Counted from the first letter of the stretch, positions 28,082-37,003 are shown. The stretch: 64,000 nucleotides of DNA from Sedimentisphaerales bacterium (GCA_963663805.2 CAXXMR010000012.1:541462-605461), one strand, 5' to 3'. Numbers and translations are program-made. The notes: generated from the letters alone by a model not told the origin.

Positions 28082-28693
28082 ATGGAAGTTGTGTCGATTG
28101 AGTTAGAGAGGCTTTTTGATCATCCTGAGAATGCCAATGTTATGAAGGCGGGAGAGCTGGCGCAGCTGAAGCTGCATATTGGTGAGGGTGGTGATTATGA
28201 GCCGCTGGTGGTTCGTTCTCACGTTGAGAAGGCGGGATGTTTTGAGCTGCTGAACGGTCATCATCGGCGGCGGGTACTGAGTGAACTGGGGTATGAACGA
28301 GCGTGGTGTGTGGTTTGGGATGTTGATGATGACAGGGCCCGGATGCTGTTGGCGACGCTTAATCGATTGCAGGGTAGCGATGATCCGGCTCGGCGGGCAC
28401 GGTTGCTTGAGCGCTTGAATGAGAAGCTCGACCGGAAGGAACTGGTCCGGCGGCTGCCGGAGGGGGCGGGTCATATTGAGAAGCTGCTGGCGCTGAATCG
28501 GCCAGTACGGTGTGTTCGGCCTGAGCGGGTGGCGGGGTTGCCGGTGGCTTTGACTTTTTTTGTGACGCGTGAGCAGAAGAGTTTGATTGAGAAGGCGCTG
28601 AAGATTATGGCGGCGCGGCGGCCCGATGAGAGGCGGGAGCGGAGTGAGCTGCTGGTTAGTTTGGCGGAGGAGGTGGTTCAGGAGAAGGCATGA
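28082..28693 (+). CDS. ParB N-terminal (ParB/Srx) domain protein
   Basis: HPENANVM, EPLVVR, FELLNGHHR, LNRLQG; AAGGAG RBS. Confidence 0.88.
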   Translation: MEVVSIELERLFDHPENANVMKAGELAQLKLHIGEGGDYEPLVVRSHVEKAGCFELLNGHHRRRVLSELGYERAWCVVWDVDDDRARMLLATLNRLQGSDDPARRARLLERLNEKLDRKELVRRLPEGAGHIEKLLALNRPVRCVRPERVAGLPVALTFFVTREQKSLIEKALKIMAARRPDERRERSELLVSLAEEVVQEKA

Positions 28694-28848
28694 GGGATGG
28701 AAGAAGGCAAGGGGCATGAGGGATGAGGCAAGAGTGAACGGCGAGGTTTAGGTCTGCGGTCGAGGTTTTTATTTAACGGCAACCGCTTACTGACGTACGC
28801 GGCTCTGATGGGTGCGGTGGTTTGACCGCTTACTGACGTGCGCGGCTC
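28684..28848 (+). repeat. Repeat family A copy 4 plus two family B copies
   Basis: GAAGGCATGAGGGATGG...GAGGCAAGAGTGAACGGCGAGGT then ACCGCTTACTGACGT.CGCGGCTC twice. Confidence 0.85.
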
Positions 28849-28893
28849 GGCTTTTGTTGGTGGTTGTTGGTTTGGTTGTCAGGAGGATTTGAG

Positions 28894-29307
28894 ATGGATG
28901 TTGAGATTAAGAAGTTGGTGGCTGGTGAGGTTTTTCGGGGGGGGATGAGTGAGGATGAGATCATTGAGACTTATGGAGTTGGGCGGGGTGAGTTGCGGTC
29001 CTTTTTGAAGAGCAAGGCTTTTAAGAAAGAGATTGGGTTGTTGTGTCGGCAGGCGGTTCGTGATACTCGATTTACTTTGACTCGTTTTGCCCCGCTGGCG
29101 GCAGCTAAGCTGGTGGAGCTGATGGATTCTGATAAACCTGATGTGGTGCGTCGGGCGGCGTTGGATTTGATAGGTCAGGTTTTGGAGCCGAAAGAGGATA
29201 GTAGTGATGATAAATCGCAGGGGGCGGTGAAGGCTGATGCGATGAGTGATGCTGAGGCGCGTGGTCAATTGATGGTTCTGGCGAAAGGGGGTGTTGGTCG
29301 TGAATAG
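28894..29307 (+). CDS. Putative terminase small subunit-like protein
   Basis: AGGAGG RBS; N-terminal HTH-like segment, helical AAAKLVELMDSDKPDVVRRAALDLI; overlaps the start of the large terminase. Assignment rests on position and shape. Confidence 0.55.
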   Translation: MDVEIKKLVAGEVFRGGMSEDEIIETYGVGRGELRSFLKSKAFKKEIGLLCRQAVRDTRFTLTRFAPLAAAKLVELMDSDKPDVVRRAALDLIGQVLEPKEDSSDDKSQGAVKADAMSDAEARGQLMVLAKGGVGRE

Positions 29308-30730
29308 TGTAGAGCTGCTGGAGAGATTGAAGGGGTGTCGTCCTCGGAATCGGGCGGAGTTGAAGGCTTATGTGAAAGTTTATCTGGGGCTTGATATTCC
29401 GAGTAAGTCTCTTTGTGAGAATCATTGTTCGCCTTTGGATTATCTGGCGTATGCTTTGGGGCTTGATGGTGAGGGGGGGCGTGACTGTGTGGTCTGGGCG
29501 AATCGGGGCGGGGGCAAGACTCGGCTGGGCGCGTTGGCTTCGCTCCTGGAGTCGGTTTTTTATGAGAACTGTCAGTCGCGGATTTTGGGTGGGTCGGAGG
29601 AGCAGTCGCGGCGGATGTATGATTATTTACAGCGTGATTCGCGGGGCCCGTTCGCGGAGTGTTTGGCGGGGGTTACGGCGAAGGCTTGTGCGTTCAAGAA
29701 TGGTTCAGGTGTTCAGGTTCTGGCGCAGTCGCATCGTTCGGTGCGTGGTCATCATGTTCAGCGGCTGCGTTGTGATGAGGTTGAGTTGTTTGATCGTGAG
29801 GTTTTTGAGGCGGCTCAGTTTGTTACGCAGTCGTCGTATGGCATTGCGGCTCGGCTTGAGATTTTATCGACTATGCATCGTCCTTTTGGTCTTATGCAGG
29901 AGATTGTGCAGGGGGCGGGGGCGGCTGATTTGCGGGTGTTTAACTGGTGTTTGTGGGAGGTTATTGAAAAATGTGTGGGGAGGGAGTGTTCGGTATGTCC
30001 CTTATATTCGGATTGTCAGGGGCGGGCGAAGGAGGCTGATGGTTATTATTCGATAGATGACGCGATTGCTCAGAAGCGGCGGTCGAGTGAGCAGAGCTGG
30101 AAGGCGGAGATGCTTTGTTTGCAGCCTAACCGTCATGATTTGGTATTTCCGGAATTTAGCCCTGCGGTTCATGTTCAGCCGCTAAGTTATAATCCGCAAC
30201 TGGCGACCTATCGCAGTTTTGATTTTGGTTTTACCAATCCACTGGCCTGTCTGCTCATTCAGATTACGGCAGATGACCGCGTACTCATAATCGGCGAACA
30301 CATCAAATCTCGCACCACTCTGGCTGAACATGCCCGATTGATTAAGGAGCGTTGGCCTTATCCGATAAAAGCGTCCTATTGCGACCCCGCCGGCAAACAG
30401 CGTCGCGAGATAACCGGCACTGCTGTGACTCAGGAGCTTAGCGCTTTGGGTATTCCCACTATCTCGCGGTCCAGCCGAATCCTCGACGGTCTGGAGTTGA
30501 TACGCAATTACCTCGCCCCGGCTTGCGGCCCTGTTCGTTTGGTAATCTCACCTGACTGTCCTCAACTTATCAGAGCTTTTCAGTCATTGCATTACGGACG
30601 AGAGCTGAACGGCCAACAGTCAGAAGTTCCGCAAAAAGACGGGGTAAACGACCACCCCATTGACGCTTTGAGATATTTCTTTATCAATCGTTTTAGAAAT
30701 AGAAGCACGCTGAGAGAGGCTAGATACTAG
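29300..30730 (+). CDS. Phage terminase large subunit-like protein
   Basis: NRGGGKT Walker A, RLRCDEVE Walker B, LST coupling motif, RNase H-like nuclease SFDFGFTNP...YCDPAG...NDHPIDALRY; likely GTG start 29300. Confidence 0.9.
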   Translation: MNSVELLERLKGCRPRNRAELKAYVKVYLGLDIPSKSLCENHCSPLDYLAYALGLDGEGGRDCVVWANRGGGKTRLGALASLLESVFYENCQSRILGGSEEQSRRMYDYLQRDSRGPFAECLAGVTAKACAFKNGSGVQVLAQSHRSVRGHHVQRLRCDEVELFDREVFEAAQFVTQSSYGIAARLEILSTMHRPFGLMQEIVQGAGAADLRVFNWCLWEVIEKCVGRECSVCPLYSDCQGRAKEADGYYSIDDAIAQKRRSSEQSWKAEMLCLQPNRHDLVFPEFSPAVHVQPLSYNPQLATYRSFDFGFTNPLACLLIQITADDRVLIIGEHIKSRTTLAEHARLIKERWPYPIKASYCDPAGKQRREITGTAVTQELSALGIPTISRSSRILDGLELIRNYLAPACGPVRLVISPDCPQLIRAFQSLHYGRELNGQQSEVPQKDGVNDHPIDALRYFFINRFRNRSTLREARY

Positions 30731-31068
30731 GCTGCCTCGTCAACGGCGTGTTGCCTGGTTTGGGCAGATGTTGGTTTATTTTTGCATCAAAGGCAGGGTG
30801 AGGGTGTTCGGCTCCGGCCGCTTAGGGGCGTGTTGCTCAAATGGTCGATGATGTCATCAACCGCGAAAACCAAGGCCTTGCCTGGCAAGAAGCTGCCACC
30901 CGGACGATGTTTTTACGTAAATAAGGTTTTTAGTGTTCGATCCGTCCGCTTACGCGGCTCGGCTTTTACATTCTTATGACGAAGGCAGGCTGATTATTCT
31001 TCAAGGATGAGGGTTTTGACGGTATAATGCGTCAGGCTTTTGATGTTACTTATATGAGGAAACGTTTT

Positions 31069-31857
31069 GTGCAGCAGTTTTTGCGAGACATAATTGTGCG
31101 GGCGGGGGAATTGACCCTGGAATATCGGCGTAAGGCTGAGGAATTGCAGGTTGATTGTAAGTCTGAGAAGGATTTGGTTACGGAGGCTGACCGGGCGGTT
31201 GAGGATTTTCTGCGGGGCGAAATTAACGCTAAGTATCCTGACCACGCTATCTTAGGTGAAGAAGGGGGTCAGAAGGGGGGTGGTTCTTATCGATGGATAA
31301 TAGACCCTATTGATGGGACTACGGCTTTTGTGCATGGTCAGCCGTTTTATTCTGTTTCGATTGGGGTGGAAAAGGACGGGCAGATGGTTCTGGGGGCGGT
31401 GAATGCTCCGGTTCTGGGGGATTTGTTTGAGGCGGCATTGGGTTTTGGGGCGACGTGTAATGGTCGGCCCATAGGGATTTCAAAACGGGCTAAACTCGTA
31501 CAAAGTGTTGTATGTACGGGGTTTGCATGTTTGCGTAGTAACTGGAAAAAGAATAATTTACCTTATTTTTGTGCTGTTGCTCCGGTTGCCCGCGGAGTGA
31601 GGCGGTATGGTTCGGCGGCGGTTGATTTGTGCTATGTCGGGTGTGGGCGGCTGGAGGCGTTCTGGGAGATGAATTTGAAGATTTATGATGTGGCGGCTGG
31701 TCTGCTCATCGCTGCTGAGGCTGGTGCGAAGATTTCAGATTTTCAGGGCCGGGCTTGGCAGGGAGAAAATCTGCTGGTTAGTAACGGGCTGATACATGAG
31801 GAGATGGTTGAGATATTTCGTCGGGTAGATGAAGAAAACAAGGACATTTTAGGATAA
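31069..31857 (+). CDS. Inositol monophosphatase family protein (SuhB-like)
   Basis: DLVTEAD, ILGEE, WIIDPIDGT, RRYGSAAVD, YDVAAG; TATAAT at 31023 favours a start at 31054 or 31069. Confidence 0.93.
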   Translation: MQQFLRDIIVRAGELTLEYRRKAEELQVDCKSEKDLVTEADRAVEDFLRGEINAKYPDHAILGEEGGQKGGGSYRWIIDPIDGTTAFVHGQPFYSVSIGVEKDGQMVLGAVNAPVLGDLFEAALGFGATCNGRPIGISKRAKLVQSVVCTGFACLRSNWKKNNLPYFCAVAPVARGVRRYGSAAVDLCYVGCGRLEAFWEMNLKIYDVAAGLLIAAEAGAKISDFQGRAWQGENLLVSNGLIHEEMVEIFRRVDEENKDILG

Positions 31858-31877
31858 TTTTAGCGAAAGGAATACTC

Positions 31878-32144
31878 ATGAAAAAAGAAGACCATCTGAT
31901 TTTTGGTGTCCACATTACTGACCGTTTGGTCAAGGCCAGCGAGGTTCAAAAATGTTTGTCTGAGTATGGTTGTAATATCAAGACTCGGCTGGGACTGCAC
32001 GAAGTCAGCAGTGAATTCTGTTCGACAAATGGGTTGTTGATTCTGGAGATGTTTGGGGATTTGGGCAAGTGCCGCGAGCTGGAAACGAAACTGAATGCTG
32101 TTGAAGGCGTTGAGGTTAAGAGTATGCAGTTTAAGCACGATTAG
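31878..32144 (+). CDS. Small ACT/NikR-C-like protein (TM1266-like)
   Basis: DR...A.EVQ..LSEYGCNIKTRLGLH...GLLILE pattern. Confidence 0.65.
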   Translation: MKKEDHLIFGVHITDRLVKASEVQKCLSEYGCNIKTRLGLHEVSSEFCSTNGLLILEMFGDLGKCRELETKLNAVEGVEVKSMQFKHD

Positions 32145-32649
32145 TTTTCAGGGTGTCTTGCAGCACTTCGTGGATTTTGAGCGGGTAGCTGCAATGCAGC
32201 CAGATTGCTTCTATGCCGGCGGTTCCGGCGGTGGTGAAGATGATGGTGCCCAGGCCGATTATTCGCTGGATAAAGCTTAGGGTCAGGTAGGTGTTTTGGA
32301 TTTTGTCGAGCCCACACTGGAAGATGTCGATATTAAGTACGCCGCGGACGCGGATTATGCGTTGGTCGGTGAGGATGTAATATCTGCCGGCCCACTGGCA
32401 GGCGGCGAAGCTGATACGCAGCAGGGCTGAAGTCAGGCAGGCGGCGGCGGTGTATCCGCTGTATATCCACGGGATGTAGAGCATAAATACACAGGCGGCG
32501 CTGACGGCGCTGATGAGCCACCAGGAGCAGGCCAGCGGGATAAACCATAGTGACGGTTTGAGCGCAAGAACGACGGTTTCGTCGTCGCGGAGCAGTTCGG
32601 GCGGCAGCGAGCTGAGGAAATTAACATTTTCTGAATTTGGCGTAACCAT
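32131..32649 (-). CDS. Membrane protein with bacterial PH (bPH_2-like) domain
   Basis: Two TM helices then YILTDQRIIRVRGVL...QRIIGLGTI. Confidence 0.8.
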   Translation of the reverse strand: MVTPNSENVNFLSSLPPELLRDDETVVLALKPSLWFIPLACSWWLISAVSAACVFMLYIPWIYSGYTAAACLTSALLRISFAACQWAGRYYILTDQRIIRVRGVLNIDIFQCGLDKIQNTYLTLSFIQRIIGLGTIIFTTAGTAGIEAIWLHCSYPLKIHEVLQDTLKTNRA

Positions 32650-32717
32650 GATTGTATTATAAAGTAAAGGGAGTTGGGGACAAACAGTAAAATTTGTTGA
32701 TTTGAGAGAGGATTGTT

Positions 32718-33821
32718 ATGCGGGTGATTGTCACTGGGACTGTTGGGCTGGACAAGGTTCCCTATCTTGAAAAAGTTCGTGAGTTGGTCCAGGCGGATGG
32801 GCGCGGCGTTGAGATTTGTCATATTGGTCGGCGGATGTATGAGGAAGCACCCGATGTGAAGCCGGGTCGGATTTTGGATTTGCCTTTGTCGCGGCTGCAT
32901 TTATTGCGGCGTACAGTGATTAAGGATATTCTCAATGCGGCGGAGCAGGCGGAGAATGTGTTGGTTAATACGCATGCGACTTTTCGGTGGCGGCATGGTT
33001 TGTTTCCGGCGTTTGATTTTGACCAGTTGAGTAAATTTGACGCGGATTATTATATTTGTCTGCTGGATAGTGTTGACACTCTTCAGGCCCGTTTGGAAAA
33101 AGACCATGAAATTGACCACTCGCTTAAAGATTTGCTGGTCTGGCGTGAGGAAGAAACGCTGGGTACGGAAATTATGATGATGGGCTGTAATCTGGTTCGG
33201 CAGGGAAAGGAGTCGGCTCGATTTTATGCTCTGGCGATTGGGCGGGATAATTCGACGGCGCGGATGCTTTACCGGCTGTTGTTCCGGCCTGAGATGTGTA
33301 AGGCGTATTTGAGTTTTCCGATGACGCATGTTACCAAGCTGCCGGATACTCTGGCGGAGATTGATAAATTTCGTCGGGCGATGGAAGAACATTTCATAAT
33401 TTTTGATCCCGGTGATTTGGAAGAACAGGACCTTTATGTGGAAGCGTTGGAGGCGTCGCAGGCGGGACACAAGGTAATTGAGCGTGAGGTTTTGGGGCAG
33501 GTGCTGCGTTTTGACGTGGCGGAGATTATGCAGGTGGCGGGTGATATTCACGCTCAGATTTATGCTCGTGACTTTATGCTGATAGACCAGTCGGATATGA
33601 TAATCAGTTATATTCCGGAGATGCCGGGCGGTCAGCCGGGATTATCGAGCGGGGTGGAGCGTGAACTTCAGCACGCTCACGAAGCGACGCGTGAGGTTTA
33701 TATTATCTGGCAGCCGCGGATGCAGCCTTCTCCTTTTGTTACGGAGACTGCGACTAAAATTTTTACTACTGTAGATGAGTCGCTGGACTATTTTCGTCAG
33801 CGTGGATATATAAAAGGTTGA
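32718..33821 (+). CDS. Two-domain protein: NMP-kinase-like P-loop + nucleoside 2-deoxyribosyltransferase-like domain
   Basis: VIVTGTVGLDK and VNTH; C-terminal AYLSFPMT...FDP...RDFMLIDQSD...SSGVERELQHA. Confidence 0.62.
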   Translation: MRVIVTGTVGLDKVPYLEKVRELVQADGRGVEICHIGRRMYEEAPDVKPGRILDLPLSRLHLLRRTVIKDILNAAEQAENVLVNTHATFRWRHGLFPAFDFDQLSKFDADYYICLLDSVDTLQARLEKDHEIDHSLKDLLVWREEETLGTEIMMMGCNLVRQGKESARFYALAIGRDNSTARMLYRLLFRPEMCKAYLSFPMTHVTKLPDTLAEIDKFRRAMEEHFIIFDPGDLEEQDLYVEALEASQAGHKVIEREVLGQVLRFDVAEIMQVAGDIHAQIYARDFMLIDQSDMIISYIPEMPGGQPGLSSGVERELQHAHEATREVYIIWQPRMQPSPFVTETATKIFTTVDESLDYFRQRGYIKG

Positions 33822-33827
33822 ATTGTT

Positions 33828-34544
33828 ATGCACCTGAAAGAAGTTGAGTTGTTAAATGATAAATATCCTGAGGTTGAAACTTATCCTTTCGACCTCCCCT
33901 TGCTGCGTCAGACGGAGCGGATAAACTTTACGACTCCGGTCACGTTTTTTGTGGGTGAGAACGGTTCGGGGAAATCTACTTTGCTGGAAGCGCTGGCGCG
34001 GCGGTGCGGGATACATATCTGGCGGAATCAGGAGCGGGGGCGTTGTGAGTATAATGTTCACGAAGACAAGCTGCATCATTTTCTAAAGCTGAGGTGGTCG
34101 GACGGGCCGGTGCCGGGCGCGTTTTTTGCTTCGCAGATATTTCATCATTTTTCTCAGGCGCTGGATGAATGGGCGTCGGCGGACCCGGGGATATTGAAAT
34201 ATTTTGGAGGCCACTCTCTGATGACTCTTTCGCACGGTCAGTCGCTAATGGCGTTTTTCAACAGTCGGTTCGAGCGGCAGGGTATTTATCTGCTGGATGA
34301 GCCGGAGACGGCGCTTTCGCCGCGTCGTCAGATTGAGCTGCTTAATCTGCTGCATCGTCTGGGGCCGGCGGGTCAGGCTCAGTTTATTATCGCGACCCAC
34401 TCGCCGATTCTATTGGCGTGTCCGGGGGCACGAATTTTTAGTTTTGATTGTACTAAATTGACGGAGGTTCGTTATAAAGAGTTGGAGCATTATTGTTTGT
34501 ATCGGGATTTTTTGAATCGACCGGGGGATTATATTGAGAGCTAA
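33828..34544 (+). CDS. Predicted ABC/AAA ATPase (COG3910-like)
   Basis: VTFFVGENGSGKSTLLEA, SHGQS, YLLDEPETALSP, IATHSPILLA. Confidence 0.88.
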   Translation: MHLKEVELLNDKYPEVETYPFDLPLLRQTERINFTTPVTFFVGENGSGKSTLLEALARRCGIHIWRNQERGRCEYNVHEDKLHHFLKLRWSDGPVPGAFFASQIFHHFSQALDEWASADPGILKYFGGHSLMTLSHGQSLMAFFNSRFERQGIYLLDEPETALSPRRQIELLNLLHRLGPAGQAQFIIATHSPILLACPGARIFSFDCTKLTEVRYKELEHYCLYRDFLNRPGDYIES

Positions 34545-34569
34545 TTTGGAAATTCCCGACAATATAATA

Positions 34570-34636
34570 GAGGCATGAGGGATGAGGCAAAGGGCAAGAG
34601 TGAACGGCGAGGTGCCGACCTTCGGTCGGATTATTT
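34570..34636 (+). repeat. Repeat family A copy 5
   Basis: GAGGCATGAGGGATGAGGCAAAGGGCAAGAGTGAACGGCGAGGTGCCGACCTTCGGTCGG. Confidence 0.85.
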
Positions 34637-34794
34637 TAATGGTAACGGCAACGGATTTTTAGAAGGATTTACTGGGTTATAGATGAACGGCGAGAAGATT
34701 GACATTATGGACAGTGATTCAGAAACAAACCAGCCCTTTGTTGCGTAAGAAGCTGCTACCCTTGGCCAGCTACGCTGGAAATTCTAAATCTGAT

Positions 34795-35652
34795 TTATAT
34801 TTTTTTGATTTCGCGGGGGGATTTGTTGGTGAATCGGCGGAAGACGGTGGCGAAATACTGGCTTGATGAGAATCCCAGGTGGAACGCGATTTGGGTTATG
34901 GATTTATCACCTTTTTTAAGCAGTTCATGGGCTTTTTCTATTTTTCTGCGGAGTACGTATTCGGCGGGGCTTATGCCGACTTCTCTTTTGAATCGGGCTT
35001 TAAACCATGAGGTTGAGAGGCAGGCGACATCGGCGAGCTGGTCTATGGGTAAATTTTCGGTTAGATGTCCCTCAATATATTCGAGTACCCGGTTCATTGA
35101 GGTTGATTGTCGGGCGGCGGGTTGACTGTGGGCGGAGTTTATAACTTCTAATAATATTTGAGTTATTTGCTGGGTTAGTTTTAGGCGGGTGAATTCGCAG
35201 GATGGTTCGGTGCAGATTTTAAGCGCGTTTTCAAATTCGGCTTCCATGTTTTTGCTGGCGGTGAAGCAGCGGGTGGGTAAATCGCTCAGTTTATGAACCA
35301 ATGTTTGTGAGGCTTGAAAGTCCAGATCGAGTATTCCCTTTGGGGGGTCGGGTTGAATCTGGAGCCAATACAGATTTCCGCGTTCCTGGGGGTATGGGCC
35401 TGTGCTGTGGGTTTCGTCGGGCAGGGTTACGAAGATATCGCCTGCGGCGAGGCAGTAGTCCCGGTTTGCGAGTCGATATGTCTGGCAGCCCTGGGCTAGA
35501 TAGCATATTTCGAAGGCAGAGGTATGGGTGTGGGGCGTGAGGCCCCGCTCGGCCTGACGGAAGTGATAGGCACCCAGCATGGGCAACTCGGTCAATCCTA
35601 GAGGACACTCAAATACTTGCCAATTTTCAGATGGGTAAAAGCCGTCTACCAT
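34795..35652 (-). CDS. AraC family transcriptional regulator with cupin sensor domain
   Basis: PHTH..FEICY...G; C-terminal SITQIAFHLGFSSSQYFATVFRR; start at MVDGF (35652). Confidence 0.93.
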   Translation of the reverse strand: MVDGFYPSENWQVFECPLGLTELPMLGAYHFRQAERGLTPHTHTSAFEICYLAQGCQTYRLANRDYCLAAGDIFVTLPDETHSTGPYPQERGNLYWLQIQPDPPKGILDLDFQASQTLVHKLSDLPTRCFTASKNMEAEFENALKICTEPSCEFTRLKLTQQITQILLEVINSAHSQPAARQSTSMNRVLEYIEGHLTENLPIDQLADVACLSTSWFKARFKREVGISPAEYVLRRKIEKAHELLKKGDKSITQIAFHLGFSSSQYFATVFRRFTNKSPREIKKI

Positions 35653-35711
35653 GTATAATATTATACTGAATATATTGTTGAACGCAAGATAAAAGCGTAT
35701 TCGATATAAGA

Positions 35712-35775
35712 GAGGCATGAGGCAAAGGGCAAGAGTGAACGGCGAGGTGCCGACCTTTGGTCGGAATTTATTTTT
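35712..35775 (+). repeat. Repeat family A copy 6 (partial copy also at ~35912-35936)
   Basis: GAGGCATGAGGCAAAGGGCAAGAGTGAACGGCGAGGTGCCGACCTTTGGTCGG. Confidence 0.85.
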
Positions 35776-35956
35776 TGGTAACGGCACTGGCGAACCGCGG
35801 CGTTTAGCGAATTAAGAGTCGCTGTCGAACGGTGTTTTTTGCGTCAAAACGGGGTTTGGTGGTCTAATCCCGGCGTGGGCGTTTCGGGCTATTGTTGAAG
35901 CAAGGCGCTCGTGAGGCATAAGGGCAAGAATTAACGAGTGTTTATAGGAGTATGTA

Positions 35957-37003
35957 ATGACCCAGACGTCCCGTGAAGTTGTGAGAGCTACGTTAAAATT
36001 TGAGAATCCTGACCGTGTTGCCCGTGATTTGTGGGCTTTGCCTTACGCCGAGCTTCATTTTCCGGAGCGGCTGGCGGAGCTGCATGAGAGATATCCTTCT
36101 GATTTTGGTCGGTCGGAGTTACCTTACCGTCCCAGCGGTCGGGTTAAAGGTGACGCTCATACGCCCGGACTCTATACAGATGAATGGGGCTGTGTTTTTA
36201 CGAATATTCAAGCTGGTCTAATTGGTGAGGTTCGCGAGCCTATACTCAAGGACCTGGCGGATTGGGAATCTGTTTGGCCGCCTTATGAGACGCTGCCGGA
36301 TGATGTCGGGGCGGCGCGTGATATTGTTAATCGCAGTTGCGGGGAGTCTGATAAATTCATATTGATGAATGCCTGTGCCCGTCCCTGGGAGCGTTATCAG
36401 TTTATACGCGGGACGGAAAACGCGATGATGGACTGTTTTGATTTTCTTGATGTTAATAGTCCCGCTCGGAAGCTGCTGGATAAGATTCACGAATTTTACC
36501 TACGTGAAATGGAGTTTTGGGTTTCGACCGATGTTGATTCCATAATGTTTATGGATGACTGGGGTTCGCAGCGTCAGTTACTTATTCCGCCTTTGGTCTG
36601 GCGTGAGGTGTTTAAGAAGCAGTATCGCGATTATTGTGAACTGGCGCGTTCGCATAACAAATTCGCGTTTATGCATTCGGATGGGCATATTCAAGAGGTT
36701 TATCCTGATCTGGTGGAAGTCGGTGTTGATGCGGTCAACTCTCAGTTGTTCTGTATGGACATGCAGAAACTCGCGGAGACGGTTAAGGGCAAGATTACTT
36801 TTTGGGGTGAGATTGATCGTCAGCATGTTATGACCTCTCCTGATCCCCAGGCTGGCCGTGACGCGGTGCGTAAGGTTGCTAAACATCTGTTTGACCCGGC
36901 TGGCGGGGTTATTGCTCAGTTTGAGTTGGGGGCGGCGGCTAATCCGGATGTAGCGTTTGCTGTTTATGATGAATGGGAAAAGGTTTATCGAGAAAATTGC
37001 TAA
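35957..37003 (+). CDS. Uroporphyrinogen decarboxylase (URO-D/MtaA) family protein
   Basis: TDEWG, RGTEN, FMDDWGSQ, FMHSDG, FWGEIDRQ. Confidence 0.87.
   Translation: MTQTSREVVRATLKFENPDRVARDLWALPYAELHFPERLAELHERYPSDFGRSELPYRPSGRVKGDAHTPGLYTDEWGCVFTNIQAGLIGEVREPILKDLADWESVWPPYETLPDDVGAARDIVNRSCGESDKFILMNACARPWERYQFIRGTENAMMDCFDFLDVNSPARKLLDKIHEFYLREMEFWVSTDVDSIMFMDDWGSQRQLLIPPLVWREVFKKQYRDYCELARSHNKFAFMHSDGHIQEVYPDLVEVGVDAVNSQLFCMDMQKLAETVKGKITFWGEIDRQHVMTSPDPQAGRDAVRKVAKHLFDPAGGVIAQFELGAAANPDVAFAVYDEWEKVYRENC

Noticed and set aside
26961..28848. CRISPR array or integron attC cassettes
   Set aside because: Repeats are irregular and separated by whole genes; no constant spacers, cas genes, attC R-box structure or integron integrase
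28103..30056. Long antisense and alternate-frame ORFs over the ParB, TerS-like and TerL genes
   Set aside because: Shadow ORFs caused by extreme G/T skew; no motifs or RBS. The same applies to most short overlapping ORFs in the track.
23323..30730. Complete prophage
   Set aside because: No integrase, att repeats, replication, portal, capsid, tail or lysis genes; host genes directly on both sides
35653..35787. N-terminal extension of AraC
   Set aside because: It is the reverse translation of a family A repeat plus promoter DNA
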